Below are positions 9,913-18,726 of a stretch of DNA of 57,518 bases, piece after piece. The stretch comes from an uncultured Mycoplasmatota bacterium (GTDB lineage: Bacteria; Bacillota_I; Bacilli_A; RF39; UBA660), in NCBI GenBank assembly GCA_946497145.1, contig CAMMJA010000004.1, positions 1-57,518 of the forward strand, written 5' to 3'. Made by a program: the position numbers and the translations under genes. The notes under the pieces were generated by a model, which had not been told where the DNA came from, made no database searches, and worked only from the letters and a program-made list of their open reading frames with translations. How positions within the stretch are numbered: the stretch's first letter is position 1; each line of letters begins with the position of its first letter.

Positions 9913-10806
9913 ATGAAATTGTTTGAAAAATTAAAGAATGCGTTGTTCGAAGAAGAATATGTCGAAGTAGAAGAACCAAAGAAAAAAGAAAAGTCGGTAA
10001 TCGCTAAAAAAATTGAAACACCAGAACGAAAAAAGGAACCACGAAAAGAAGTTATCAAGGAAGAAATTGAAGAAAAAGAAGAGAAAAAAGAAGTTCTTTC
10101 CGATCGTGATTTGTTGAAGCCGGATACAGAATTTAAGTTTCCGATGACGTTTGAAGAAGAGGATTTTATCGAAGAAGAAAAACCACTTCCACCGAAAAAA
10201 GAACCAAAAAGAGAAGAAAAACCAAAAGCATATCAAAAACCAGAATATACGTTCCATCAGTATGGATCTTACGAGAAAAAAGAGGAGAAAAAGGTATTTC
10301 GTCCTTCGCCAATCATTTCTCCTATCTATGGAATATTAGATCAAAACTATAAAAAGGAAGAAATTGTAACTAAAAAAGAGGTACGCATTACGAGTAGTTA
10401 CGAAAAGACACATTTGGATTTTGATGCAGTAAGAGAAAAGGCCTATGGTGATTTGACACACGAGATTGGTCTATCGATGAGTGAAGAAGAAAAACAAAAA
10501 GAAAAAGAAAATGATACGAAAGTAGAAGAAGATAACTTGTTGTTCGATATGCGCGATGAAGATTCCACACCAACTGTGGAAAAAGTAACAGTTGGCGATG
10601 CTGAAGAATATTTTCAAGATTTGGGGTTAGAATATAATATTGATTATAAAGATGCTAGCAAAGAGAAGGCGACAGGAAGAAGAGTGAACAAGATAAAAGA
10701 AGAACAAGAGGAAGAACCAAAAAAAGAAGAAACAGTAGAACAGGACAGTAAATTAGAGGACAATTTATTTGATTTAATTGATTCTATGTATGATGAGGAG
10801 CGATAA
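9913..10806 (+). CDS. Glu/Lys-rich low-complexity protein
   Basis: 297-aa ORF dominated by E/K/P repeats, probably disordered. SD GAGGGGA upstream. Confidence 0.5.
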   Translation: MKLFEKLKNALFEEEYVEVEEPKKKEKSVIAKKIETPERKKEPRKEVIKEEIEEKEEKKEVLSDRDLLKPDTEFKFPMTFEEEDFIEEEKPLPPKKEPKREEKPKAYQKPEYTFHQYGSYEKKEEKKVFRPSPIISPIYGILDQNYKKEEIVTKKEVRITSSYEKTHLDFDAVREKAYGDLTHEIGLSMSEEEKQKEKENDTKVEEDNLLFDMRDEDSTPTVEKVTVGDAEEYFQDLGLEYNIDYKDASKEKATGRRVNKIKEEQEEEPKKEETVEQDSKLEDNLFDLIDSMYDEER

Positions 10807-10808
10807 AT

Positions 10809-11096
10809 ATGGAATTTTTACATTCATTTTTACCAATTGTATTGTATATATTTGGTATTGTACTGTTGATTGTATTGATCATTTTAGGTATTCGTTTAAT
10901 TCAGACCATCGATCGAACCAATCGTTTGTTGGATGATGTAGAAGAAAAGGTTCATTCTTTAAATGGGTTCTTTCACTTGATCGACACAATTACCGATAAT
11001 TTATCATTTTTAAGTGATAAGATCGTAGATACAGTATCGAATGTAATCACTCGAATATTTAAAAGAAAGAAAAAAGAGGAGGAAGAATATGAGTAA
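10809..11096 (+). CDS. DUF948-like (YtxG-like) single-pass membrane protein
   Basis: N-terminal TM helix followed by a helical segment. Immediately precedes and overlaps a YtxH-type gene, as in the Bacillus ytxGH pair. Confidence 0.5.
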   Translation: MEFLHSFLPIVLYIFGIVLLIVLIILGIRLIQTIDRTNRLLDDVEEKVHSLNGFFHLIDTITDNLSFLSDKIVDTVSNVITRIFKRKKKEEEEYE

Positions 11097-11523
11097 AGAG
11101 AAGAAAAATCATGGCAGTGGAGCCGGAAAGTTTTTATTAGGAGCGGCAATTGGAGCAAGTTTAGGTATTTTGTTTGCCCCTAACAAAGGAAGTGAAACAA
11201 GAAAGCAACTAAAACGTAAACTTGATGAGTTTGTAGGAAAAGTGAAAGAAATAGACATTGAAGAAGTAAAAGAAGCGTTTGAAAATAAAGTTGATGAAAT
11301 CAAAGAAGAACTTGCAGAACTTGATAAAGAAAAAGTATTAAAGATTGCTAAGAAAAAAGGAGCAGAAATCAAAGAAAAATGTGAAGAATTGGTAACTCTA
11401 GCCATTGACAAAGGAACACCTATTCTAAGAGATGCTGCGGAAGAAGTGCGTTTAAGAGCAGCAGATGTGGTAAGAGAAGTGCTAGAACGCTTAGAAAATC
11501 CGAAAAGCAAACAAGAAAAGTAA
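11089..11523 (+). CDS. YtxH-domain protein
   Basis: 'GAAIGASLGILFAPNKGSETRKQLKRKLDE' is the characteristic YtxH N-terminus. The remainder is helical and E/K-rich. Confidence 0.7.
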   Translation: MSKEKKNHGSGAGKFLLGAAIGASLGILFAPNKGSETRKQLKRKLDEFVGKVKEIDIEEVKEAFENKVDEIKEELAELDKEKVLKIAKKKGAEIKEKCEELVTLAIDKGTPILRDAAEEVRLRAADVVREVLERLENPKSKQEK

Positions 11524-11525
11524 AA

Positions 11526-11551
11526 ATTGGTCAATTTGACCAATTTTTTTT
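11526..11551 (+). terminator. intrinsic terminator after the ytxH-like gene
   Basis: Hairpin attggtca/tgaccaat + T7. Confidence 0.75.
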
Positions 11552-11578
11552 GAAATATTAAAATAAATATGCTATACT
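11550..11578 (+). promoter_or_regulatory. sigma-A-type promoter of the T-box/deoC/tyrS unit
   Basis: TTGAAA - 17 nt - TATACT with TG at -14/-15. Confidence 0.5.
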
Positions 11579-11584
11579 AAAAAA

Positions 11585-11789
11585 GAATGAATTTTCAAAG
11601 AAAGAGATCAGTAGGAAAAATAAGAAAATACAAGAGATCTCGTGGTTGGTGCAAACGAGAATTTCTATTTGGACGAAGTACAACTCTTGAGAAAAATCGT
11701 ATCTGGCGTTAACAGGGAAAGAGCATAATTGCATTATGAAATAAGGTGGTACCGCGATCGATTCGTCCTTATGTCATAATGTTTTTTTG
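11585..11789 (+). promoter_or_regulatory. T-box leader riboswitch, Tyr (UAC) specifier
   Basis: Stem I elements (AGAGA...AGTAG). Specifier context 'GAAG-UAC-A' with UAC at 11679-11681. F-box-like 'GCGTTA'. Conserved T-box 'AAGGTGGTACCGCG' at 11743-11756. Terminator cattatgaaataagg / ccttatgtcataatg + T7 (11732-11788) competes with the T-box antiterminator. Confidence 0.85.
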
Positions 11790-11806
11790 TAAAAAAGGAG
11801 GAAATT

Positions 11807-12454
11807 ATGATCAATACATATTTAGATGCGACCAATTTAAAAGCAACTGCAACAATCGAAGACATAACGAATTTATGTAAGGAAGCAGAAAAAAATCATT
11901 ATGCAGCCGTGTGTGTACATCCATATTATGTGAGTTTAGCAAAAGAACTTTTGGAACATACGACAGTAGAAATTTGTACTGTCATCGGCTTCCCTTTGGG
12001 AATGAATACCATTGAGACCAAAGAATTTGAAGCGATCCAAGCCGTTTCTTTAGGTGCAACAGAAATCGATATGGTGATCAATCTTGGAGCACTAAAAGAC
12101 AAAGAATACGACTATGTAAAGCGCGAAATAGAGACCGTTCGCGATTCCATTGGTGGAACAACACTAAAAGTAATCATCGAAACTTGTTACTTGACCAAAG
12201 AAGAAATCATCAAAATGACGGAAATTTGTAACGAGACATTCGTAAACTTTATTAAAACTTCAACGGGTTTTGGTACTGGTGGTGCCAAGGTAGAAGATAT
12301 CAAACTAATCAGCGAACATAAAAATGATGTGTTGGAAATCAAGGCCAGTGGAGGAATTCGCAGTTATGAAGAAGCAAGAAAAATGATCGAGGCAGGTGCT
12401 ACGCGTTTGGGTGTAAGTCAAGCCGCAAAAATTATGGAAGGTGAAAAGAAATGA
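11807..12454 (+). CDS. deoC: deoxyribose-phosphate aldolase
   Basis: 'LKVIIETCYL' and Schiff-base lysine context 'FIKTSTGFGTGGA', 'IKASGGIR'. SD AAAGGAGGA. Confidence 0.9.
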   Translation: MINTYLDATNLKATATIEDITNLCKEAEKNHYAAVCVHPYYVSLAKELLEHTTVEICTVIGFPLGMNTIETKEFEAIQAVSLGATEIDMVINLGALKDKEYDYVKREIETVRDSIGGTTLKVIIETCYLTKEEIIKMTEICNETFVNFIKTSTGFGTGGAKVEDIKLISEHKNDVLEIKASGGIRSYEEARKMIEAGATRLGVSQAAKIMEGEKK

Positions 12455-13695
12455 CATTGTTTGAAGAATTAAAATGGCGAGGATTGATCAACGATATTTC
12501 TTCTCCTGATTTAGAAGAAAAATTAAATCAAGGTGGAATGACTTTTTATATTGGAACGGACCCAACTGCCGATAGTTTACACATTGGACACTTTTCTTCC
12601 TTTTTAATCTCTAAGCGCTTAAAAGAACACGGACATCATCCGATTCTTCTAGTTGGAGGTGGAACGGGACTGATTGGCGATCCAAGACCAACGAGTGAAA
12701 GACCGATGATTACAAAAGAAGAAGTAGAACACAACTTTGCTTGCCTAAAAAGTCAAGCAGAGCGTTTATTTGGCTTTGAAGTAGTCAATAACTACGATTG
12801 GATCAAAGACATACAATGTATCGACTTTTTACGTGATTATGGTAAGTATTTTAATATCAACTACATGTTGAACAAAGACATTGTCAAAAGAAGATTGGAT
12901 ACTGGAATTACTTATACAGAATTTTCTTATATGATTTTACAAGCCCTCGATTATTTACATTTATTTGAAACAAGAAATGTAACACTTCAAGTGGCAGGAC
13001 AAGACCAGTGGGGCAATATTACGGCAGGAATCGATTTAATTCGTAAGAAGACCGGAAAAGAAGCATATTGCTTCACTATGCCTTTATTAACCAAAGCAGA
13101 TGGAACTAAATTTGGAAAAAGTGAAAGTGGAACGATCTGGTTGGATCGAAGTAAAACATCTCCTTATGAACTTTATCAATTTCTAATTAAAACAGAAGAC
13201 AGTAAAGTGATTGATTACTTGAAATTTTTAACTTTTTTATCTGTCGAAGAAATTCAAGAATTAGAAAAAAGGCATAAATTGGCACCAGAAAAAAGAGAAG
13301 CCCATAAAGTGTTAGCCAAAGAAGTAGTTACGTTTATTCACGGTAAGGACGCTTACTTGGAAGCAGAGCGCATGAGTGAAATTTTGTTTCAAGGTGAGAT
13401 TGGGAAATTGACTCTAAAACAAATAGAAGAAGTATTTAAACATTTGCCAGTCCATGAAATAGAAGAGGATAGAAACATCGTTGATTTATTGGTGGAAGGT
13501 CAAATCTGTAGTAGTAAAAGGGAAGCAAGAGATTTATTAAATGCAGGATCTATTTCTTTAAATGGTCAAAAAATAATGGATCTTACTTACTTCGTTACTC
13601 AAAAAGATGCGATCGAGAACAAGTACATTATTATAAGACGGGGGAAGACAAAATACTATTTGCTTGCATATCTTGATAAAAAAGGATCTGAATAG
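12451..13695 (+). CDS. tyrS: tyrosine--tRNA ligase
   Basis: 'HIGH' motif ('SLHIGHF'), 'KFGKS' KMSKS-type motif, C-terminal S4 domain. ATGA overlap with the deoC stop. Confidence 0.95.
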   Translation: MTLFEELKWRGLINDISSPDLEEKLNQGGMTFYIGTDPTADSLHIGHFSSFLISKRLKEHGHHPILLVGGGTGLIGDPRPTSERPMITKEEVEHNFACLKSQAERLFGFEVVNNYDWIKDIQCIDFLRDYGKYFNINYMLNKDIVKRRLDTGITYTEFSYMILQALDYLHLFETRNVTLQVAGQDQWGNITAGIDLIRKKTGKEAYCFTMPLLTKADGTKFGKSESGTIWLDRSKTSPYELYQFLIKTEDSKVIDYLKFLTFLSVEEIQELEKRHKLAPEKREAHKVLAKEVVTFIHGKDAYLEAERMSEILFQGEIGKLTLKQIEEVFKHLPVHEIEEDRNIVDLLVEGQICSSKREARDLLNAGSISLNGQKIMDLTYFVTQKDAIENKYIIIRRGKTKYYLLAYLDKKGSE

Positions 13696-13764
13696 ATCCT
13701 TTTGTCTTGAAAAATGTGTCGAAAAATGCTACGATAGATTAGAAAACATAAGGAGGTAAATAAA

Positions 13765-15111
13765 GTGCGAAAGAAAAAAGAACCAAAAGAAAAACGTCCC
13801 AAAAATGTGAAAAAGATATTGAAGTGGGTAGCAATTGTTTGTGCAGTTGTCATAGTATTAGAATTGTTTTATTTGATGTTTGTTTATTTTAAAAATGAAT
13901 CGAAGAATACGTATTTTGATGGATTAAATGCCATCGATAAGATAGAAGATGGATATATTGCTGTGGGAAGCAGTGATTTTAAACGTAGCAAAGGAAATAG
14001 TTGGACCGAAGGATACGAAAAAGGGAAATTGGTTCTTTATGATGAAGATTACCAATTGCTTTGGGAAAAGAAATATGATAAAGGATACAACACCACTTTC
14101 TTTGATGTAGATGCGACTAGTGATGGATATATTGCTGTGGGAAGTGGCGAGATGAGTCAAGAACAAAATGACAATCAGTTGCGCGATGCACTTATTGTAA
14201 AATACGATAAAGATGGAAATATTGTCTTTGAAAAGCAATTTCAGGTACTAGGTAATGCCAAATTTACCAAAGTAAAGGCAGTAGATGATGGCTTTTATGT
14301 CATTGGACAGAGTATTTTCCCTCCAATGGATTTGGGCTTTGCTGACAATGGCGGAGGTGTTTTAGTTAAATATGATCAAGAAGGAAACGAAGTGTTTAGA
14401 AGTAACTTTGGAGGAAGTAAATCAGGGTTATTTAACGACTTTGTCATTTCAGACGATGGAATTTATGTGGTAGGAAAGGATGCTGCCAACACTGGACTGT
14501 TAGTAAAGTACAGCATGGATGGAGAACGTCTTTGGATCAAAAATTATAGCTATACAGACTCTCTTGGTTTTAGTTCTATTGTAGAACACAATGATCAACT
14601 GGTGGTAGTTGGTGCCACCAAAGTAAAAGACGATGATAGTGATTATGATACGGATGGTCTTTTATTAAAGTATGACAAAGATGGAAAACTGTTGATGGAT
14701 GAAAAGTTTACCGTCAATGAAAGAGTAGAAGAAGATAACAAGGCAATAGAAACAAGTGTATCAATGGATAGATTTAATGCCGTAGTAATCGATGAAGACG
14801 ATAATATCGTCATTGCAGGGCAAGTGGCTGTCAAAGACGAAGAAGAGTCCGACAGTCAAAGAAATGTATTCCGTTACAACGGTTTGTTTATGAAGTATAG
14901 TTGGGATGGAGAATTACTAGAACATCGTGAAATTGGTGGCTCAAGAGATGACTATTTTACTGGAATTAGATTAGAAGAAGATCATTATTTGATTACTGGA
15001 TATGCTAACTCAAAAGATCAAGACTTGAAGCGTACCAACCGTAATGGAAAAGATTTTAAGCCATTGTTCTTAGAAATAAATGAAGATGGGAATATTGAGA
15101 AGATAAAATAA
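13765..15111 (+). CDS. membrane-anchored protein with seven beta-propeller-like repeats
   Basis: GTG start 8 nt after AAGGAGG. Basic N-terminus and one TM helix. Then seven ~50-aa repeats of the form 'DDG(Y/F)hhhG...hhhKYD.(D/E)G...h'. Confidence 0.6.
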   Translation: MRKKKEPKEKRPKNVKKILKWVAIVCAVVIVLELFYLMFVYFKNESKNTYFDGLNAIDKIEDGYIAVGSSDFKRSKGNSWTEGYEKGKLVLYDEDYQLLWEKKYDKGYNTTFFDVDATSDGYIAVGSGEMSQEQNDNQLRDALIVKYDKDGNIVFEKQFQVLGNAKFTKVKAVDDGFYVIGQSIFPPMDLGFADNGGGVLVKYDQEGNEVFRSNFGGSKSGLFNDFVISDDGIYVVGKDAANTGLLVKYSMDGERLWIKNYSYTDSLGFSSIVEHNDQLVVVGATKVKDDDSDYDTDGLLLKYDKDGKLLMDEKFTVNERVEEDNKAIETSVSMDRFNAVVIDEDDNIVIAGQVAVKDEEESDSQRNVFRYNGLFMKYSWDGELLEHREIGGSRDDYFTGIRLEEDHYLITGYANSKDQDLKRTNRNGKDFKPLFLEINEDGNIEKIK

Positions 15112-15112
15112 A

Positions 15113-15136
15113 AGAGATTGCATAGCAATCTTTTTT
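15113..15136 (+). terminator. intrinsic terminator after the propeller gene
   Basis: Hairpin agattgc/gcaatct + T5. Confidence 0.65.
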
Positions 15137-15145
15137 ATAAGATAT

Positions 15146-15180
15146 TAAAAACTCATTTCTTGTGTTTAAGAAATGAGTTT
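15146..15180 (-). terminator. rpsD terminator (A-run/T-run flanked, potentially bidirectional)
   Basis: 12-bp stem aactcatttctt/aagaaatgagtt. Confidence 0.7.
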
Positions 15181-15184
15181 TATA

Positions 15185-15787
15185 TTACTTGTTGTAGAAT
15201 TCAACGATCATTGATTCGTTAATATCAGCATTCAATTCGTTGCGTTCTGGCATTCTAACGTAAGTACCTTCTAATTTGTTTTCGTCAAAAGTAACAAATT
15301 CTACACGTTTTCCAGCTTTTGCTAACGCTTCTTTTACGGCTTTATGATCTTTAGAATTTTCTTTTAGTGAAATGGTTGATCCAACTTTAACACGGTAAGA
15401 TGGAATATCAACTTTTTTTCCATTTACTAAAATGTGTCCATGGTTTACAAGTTGTCTTGCTCCACGACGAGTAGTAGTAAATCCCATACGATATACCAAG
15501 TTATCAAGACGAGATTCTAGTAAACGTAAGAAATCTTCACCATGAATTCCTTTTAGTTTACCTGCTTCTTCAAACGTCTTTCTAAATTGTCTTTCGTTTA
15601 ACCCGTACATGAAACGTACCTTTTGTTTTTCTTTTAATTGTGCACCATAGTTAGACAATTTACTCTTACGAGCATTTCCATGTTGTCCAGGACCGTAAGG
15701 ACGTCTTGCTAATTCTTTACCAGTTTCGCTGATAGAAAATCCAACACGACGTGCTTTTTTGTAACTAGGACCAGTGTATCGAGACAT
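15185..15787 (-). CDS. rpsD: 30S ribosomal protein S4
   Basis: '[14 protein letters not shown]...' 200 aa. ATG 15787 preceded by SD AAAGGAGGA. The 54-codon upstream extension in the ORF track has no SD. Confidence 0.95.
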   Translation of the reverse strand: MSRYTGPSYKKARRVGFSISETGKELARRPYGPGQHGNARKSKLSNYGAQLKEKQKVRFMYGLNERQFRKTFEEAGKLKGIHGEDFLRLLESRLDNLVYRMGFTTTRRGARQLVNHGHILVNGKKVDIPSYRVKVGSTISLKENSKDHKAVKEALAKAGKRVEFVTFDENKLEGTYVRMPERNELNADINESMIVEFYNK

Positions 15788-15983
15788 TGTAATCCTCCTT
15801 TCTTTTATTTCTTCATACTGACAAGAAAACTTATTTGGCCATAAGTTAGGGAGTTTTATTTTTACTTTCGCCTTACAGCAACAGTTACTAATAACTTTCA
15901 TAAAACACATTAACGTATTCCAAATAATGCTGTTCAAGTAAATATGCAAAAATAATTATATATAAAATTGTATGTTTCGTCAA
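15788..15983 (-). promoter_or_regulatory. rpsD promoter and ~160-nt leader (candidate S4 autoregulatory leader)
   Basis: TTGACG (15978-15983) - 17 nt - TATAAT (15955-15960) on the minus strand. Long structured leader with hairpin aacttat/ataagtt. S4 autoregulation through the rpsD leader is known in B. subtilis. Confidence 0.45.
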
Positions 15984-16092
15984 GAAAAAATTGTAATTTA
16001 AATAGGAAAAATAACGATCAAGGCAGGAAACATAAAAGTTTTTGGTAACAATATAAATAGTATGTTTTTAATATAAGGAAGGATAGATCAAA

Positions 16093-16970
16093 ATGAAACA
16101 AGATCATGTGTATGTAATGAGTAAAATATTTCATAACGAGACAATAAGACAGTATGGAATAGTGAAGAAGAAAAATACTATATTAGTATTATCGATGTTG
16201 TGAGAGCGTTAACGGATAGCAAAGAACCAAGAAAATATTGGAATTGGCTAAAGAACAGAATGTTAAAAGAGGAAGATTTTCAGTTGTCTAGTATTACTAG
16301 ACAACTGAAATTGAAGTCGTCCGATGGAAAATACTATAATACTGATGTATGCGATATTGAGAGTATGTTTCGCATCATCGAATCAATTCCTAGCAAAAAT
16401 GCAGAACCAATCAAACGGTGGTTAGCAAAACTTGGTAAAGAAAGAATCGATGAAGTATTTGATCCATCATTGACTGTTCAAAGGGCTATTGATACTTACC
16501 GCACAAAAGGATATGATGAAGTATGGATTTCTCAAAGAATAAAAGGAATACAAGAACGCAAAAAATTAACTGATGTTTGGAAAGATAGTGGAATTGAAAG
16601 TAATAAAGAGTATGCCATTCTTACCAATGATATCTATCAGGAGTGGTTAGGTATGACTGCGAAACAGTATAAAAAATTTAAAGGATTAAGAAAAGAAGCA
16701 TTAAGAGATCATATGTCAGATATTGAAATTATTCTTTCTGATATTGGAGAACTTATGACACGAGAACTAGCTAAAATACAAAAGCCCATGGGATTAGAGG
16801 AAAATAGAAAATTAGCAAAGTCAGGTGGGGAAGTTGCCAAAAATACTCGTAGAGATATGGAACAAAGATTAGGGGTAACGGTTATTACACAAGAAAATGC
16901 ATTAGATTATCGATACATAGAGGAAGATCAACAATCTGAAAGAAAAAAATCGAAAACAATAGTCAAATAA
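16093..16970 (+). pseudogene. Bro-N / DinD-like (DNA-damage-inducible protein D family) gene with a frameshift near 16148
   Basis: ATG 16093 (SD AAGGAAGGA) gives 'MKQDHVYVMSKIFHNETIRQ...' and stops at 16201-16203. The +1 frame continues 'TVWNSEEEKYYISIIDVVRALTDSKEPRKYWNWLK...' into ORF 16200-16970. Together they rebuild a typical Bro-N N-terminus, consistent with loss of one A in 'ATAAGA(A)CAG'. Confidence 0.6.
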
Positions 16971-17013
16971 AACAACTTATGATAAAATATAGATATGATA
17001 GAAGGTGAAGCAT

Positions 17014-18726
17014 ATGCCGAAGACATTGTGGATAGTTACATTCTTTTTGGTGGCAGCAATCATAGCAATCATCGTATTGATCGTTGTCAAAAAAAAGAAA
17101 GCCAAACATTATCAAAATGAAATACAGGAATTAGAACGTGAAAAAAATTTAATTGCTAGTACCCCTGTATTATCTGAATTAGCAAAAGTGGAACCCATTA
17201 TTAAAAATGAAAAAATGGAAGAAAAGTACAAAAATTGGCAGCAAAGATTTGATTGGATCAAAGAAACACGTATTGCTAAATTAAATGATATGATTATCAA
17301 TTTGGATGTGTATCGCGAAAGAAAAGATTATAAAAATTATCGTTATTATGTTGCGAAAACAGAGTTGGAATTATATAAAGTAAAAGAATCAGCCGATCAT
17401 TTGCTAGATGAAATTAAAGAAATTACTTTAAGTGAAGAAAAATATCGTCACATCGTGACAAAACTAAAAAATAAATATCGAGAATTAAATACAGAGTATC
17501 AAAATCATAAAGGAGAATATGAACAAGTACAAGAGGTCATTGAATTACAGTTTGAAAATATTGAAAAACGTTTTATGGATTTTGAAGTTGTCATGGAAAA
17601 CAACGAATACCATGAAGTAGTACATATTGTAAAAGCATTGGATACCATGATCGATCATATGGCAATTGTAATAGATGAAGTGCCAGATCTTTTGCTCTTA
17701 GCTGATCAAATTATTCCGAAGCGGATGGAACAAATCGAACAGACATATCAGGAAATGATTGAAAAAGATTATCCACTAGGTTATTTAAACATCGAATATA
17801 ATCTAGAAGAAACTAACAAAAACGTTAAGAATATTTTAGATCGTATTCGAGTATTGAACTTAGAAGAGTGTATGTTTGAATTGAAGACCATGTTAGACTA
17901 TCTGGATTCTTTGTTTACAGATTTTGAAAAAGAACGATTAGGTCGCAAGGTCTACGATGAAATAGAAAGACAATTTCGGACAAAGTTGAAAAAGATAAAT
18001 AAAATAGTCAAAGATATTTACAAACAAATTGATGACATAAAAAATATGTACCATTTAAAGACAGAAGATTTGAAGAAAATAGATGATATCAATGCTTCAC
18101 TATCATCGATCAACGAAGATTATAAAGCAGTAGTACAAAGTGTGAGAGAAAAAGAAGTTCCTTATTCTAAATCACACAAAGAAATAGAACAGTTGAGTAC
18201 TCGCTTAAAAGAACTAGAAGAAGAATTAGATCGCTCTTTGAAATCACTAGGAAGTATGTACGATGATGAAATGCGTGCGAGAGAGCAACTCGATGAAATA
18301 CAAGAACTATTGAAACAATGTAAAACGAAAATGCGAAGTTATAAACTTCCAATCATCACAGATCAATATTTCGTTCAATTATCAGAAGCCAACGAGGCCA
18401 TTTTAGAAATCATCAAAGAACTAGAAAAAAAACCAATTACGATTAAAATTTTGAATACGCGTGTCGATACGGCTAGAGATTTGGTATTAAAACTGCATCA
18501 TACGACCAACGAAATGATCAAGACAGCCCAACTTGCTGAAATGGCTATCGTCTATGGCAATCGTTATCGAGATGCATCGAATCAAGAAATCAATATGGGC
18601 CTAAACCAAGCCGAAATTCTCTTTTTTAAAGGAAATTATAAAGGAGCATTAGAAACAGGAATTCGTACGATTCAACTGGTAGAAGAAGGAATTTATCAGA
18701 AGTTGTTAGGGGTCTATGACAAATAA
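17014..18726 (+). CDS. ezrA: septation ring formation regulator EzrA
   Basis: N-terminal TM helix followed by ~540 aa of coiled-coil repeats. Position beside cysteine desulfurase/thiI as in Bacillus. ATG 17014 follows GAAGGTGAAG. Confidence 0.85.
   Translation: MPKTLWIVTFFLVAAIIAIIVLIVVKKKKAKHYQNEIQELEREKNLIASTPVLSELAKVEPIIKNEKMEEKYKNWQQRFDWIKETRIAKLNDMIINLDVYRERKDYKNYRYYVAKTELELYKVKESADHLLDEIKEITLSEEKYRHIVTKLKNKYRELNTEYQNHKGEYEQVQEVIELQFENIEKRFMDFEVVMENNEYHEVVHIVKALDTMIDHMAIVIDEVPDLLLLADQIIPKRMEQIEQTYQEMIEKDYPLGYLNIEYNLEETNKNVKNILDRIRVLNLEECMFELKTMLDYLDSLFTDFEKERLGRKVYDEIERQFRTKLKKINKIVKDIYKQIDDIKNMYHLKTEDLKKIDDINASLSSINEDYKAVVQSVREKEVPYSKSHKEIEQLSTRLKELEEELDRSLKSLGSMYDDEMRAREQLDEIQELLKQCKTKMRSYKLPIITDQYFVQLSEANEAILEIIKELEKKPITIKILNTRVDTARDLVLKLHHTTNEMIKTAQLAEMAIVYGNRYRDASNQEINMGLNQAEILFFKGNYKGALETGIRTIQLVEEGIYQKLLGVYDK

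Noticed and set aside
9931-10339. Repetitive GAAGAA/AAAAAG-rich tract considered as a possible repeat array or CRISPR, plus alternate-frame ORFs (9931-10257 minus, 10151-10339 plus)
   Set aside because: The repeats are short, irregular codon-level E/K repeats inside one long ORF. There is no repeat-spacer periodicity, and the alternate frames are by-products.
11109-11543. 144-aa ORF antisense to the YtxH-like gene
   Set aside because: It is a mirror-image low-complexity frame of an E/K-rich gene (Ser/Leu/Phe-rich). It has no SD and is fully contained in a well-supported gene.
15788-15949. 54-codon N-terminal extension of rpsD in the ORF track
   Set aside because: S4 proteins start 'MSRYTGP', and a strong SD lies directly before ATG 15787. 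The extension covers the promoter and leader.
16000-17000. Prophage or integrative element around the Bro-N-like gene
   Set aside because: There is no integrase, recombinase, repressor or structural gene, and no flanking direct repeats. Only a single decayed gene is present.
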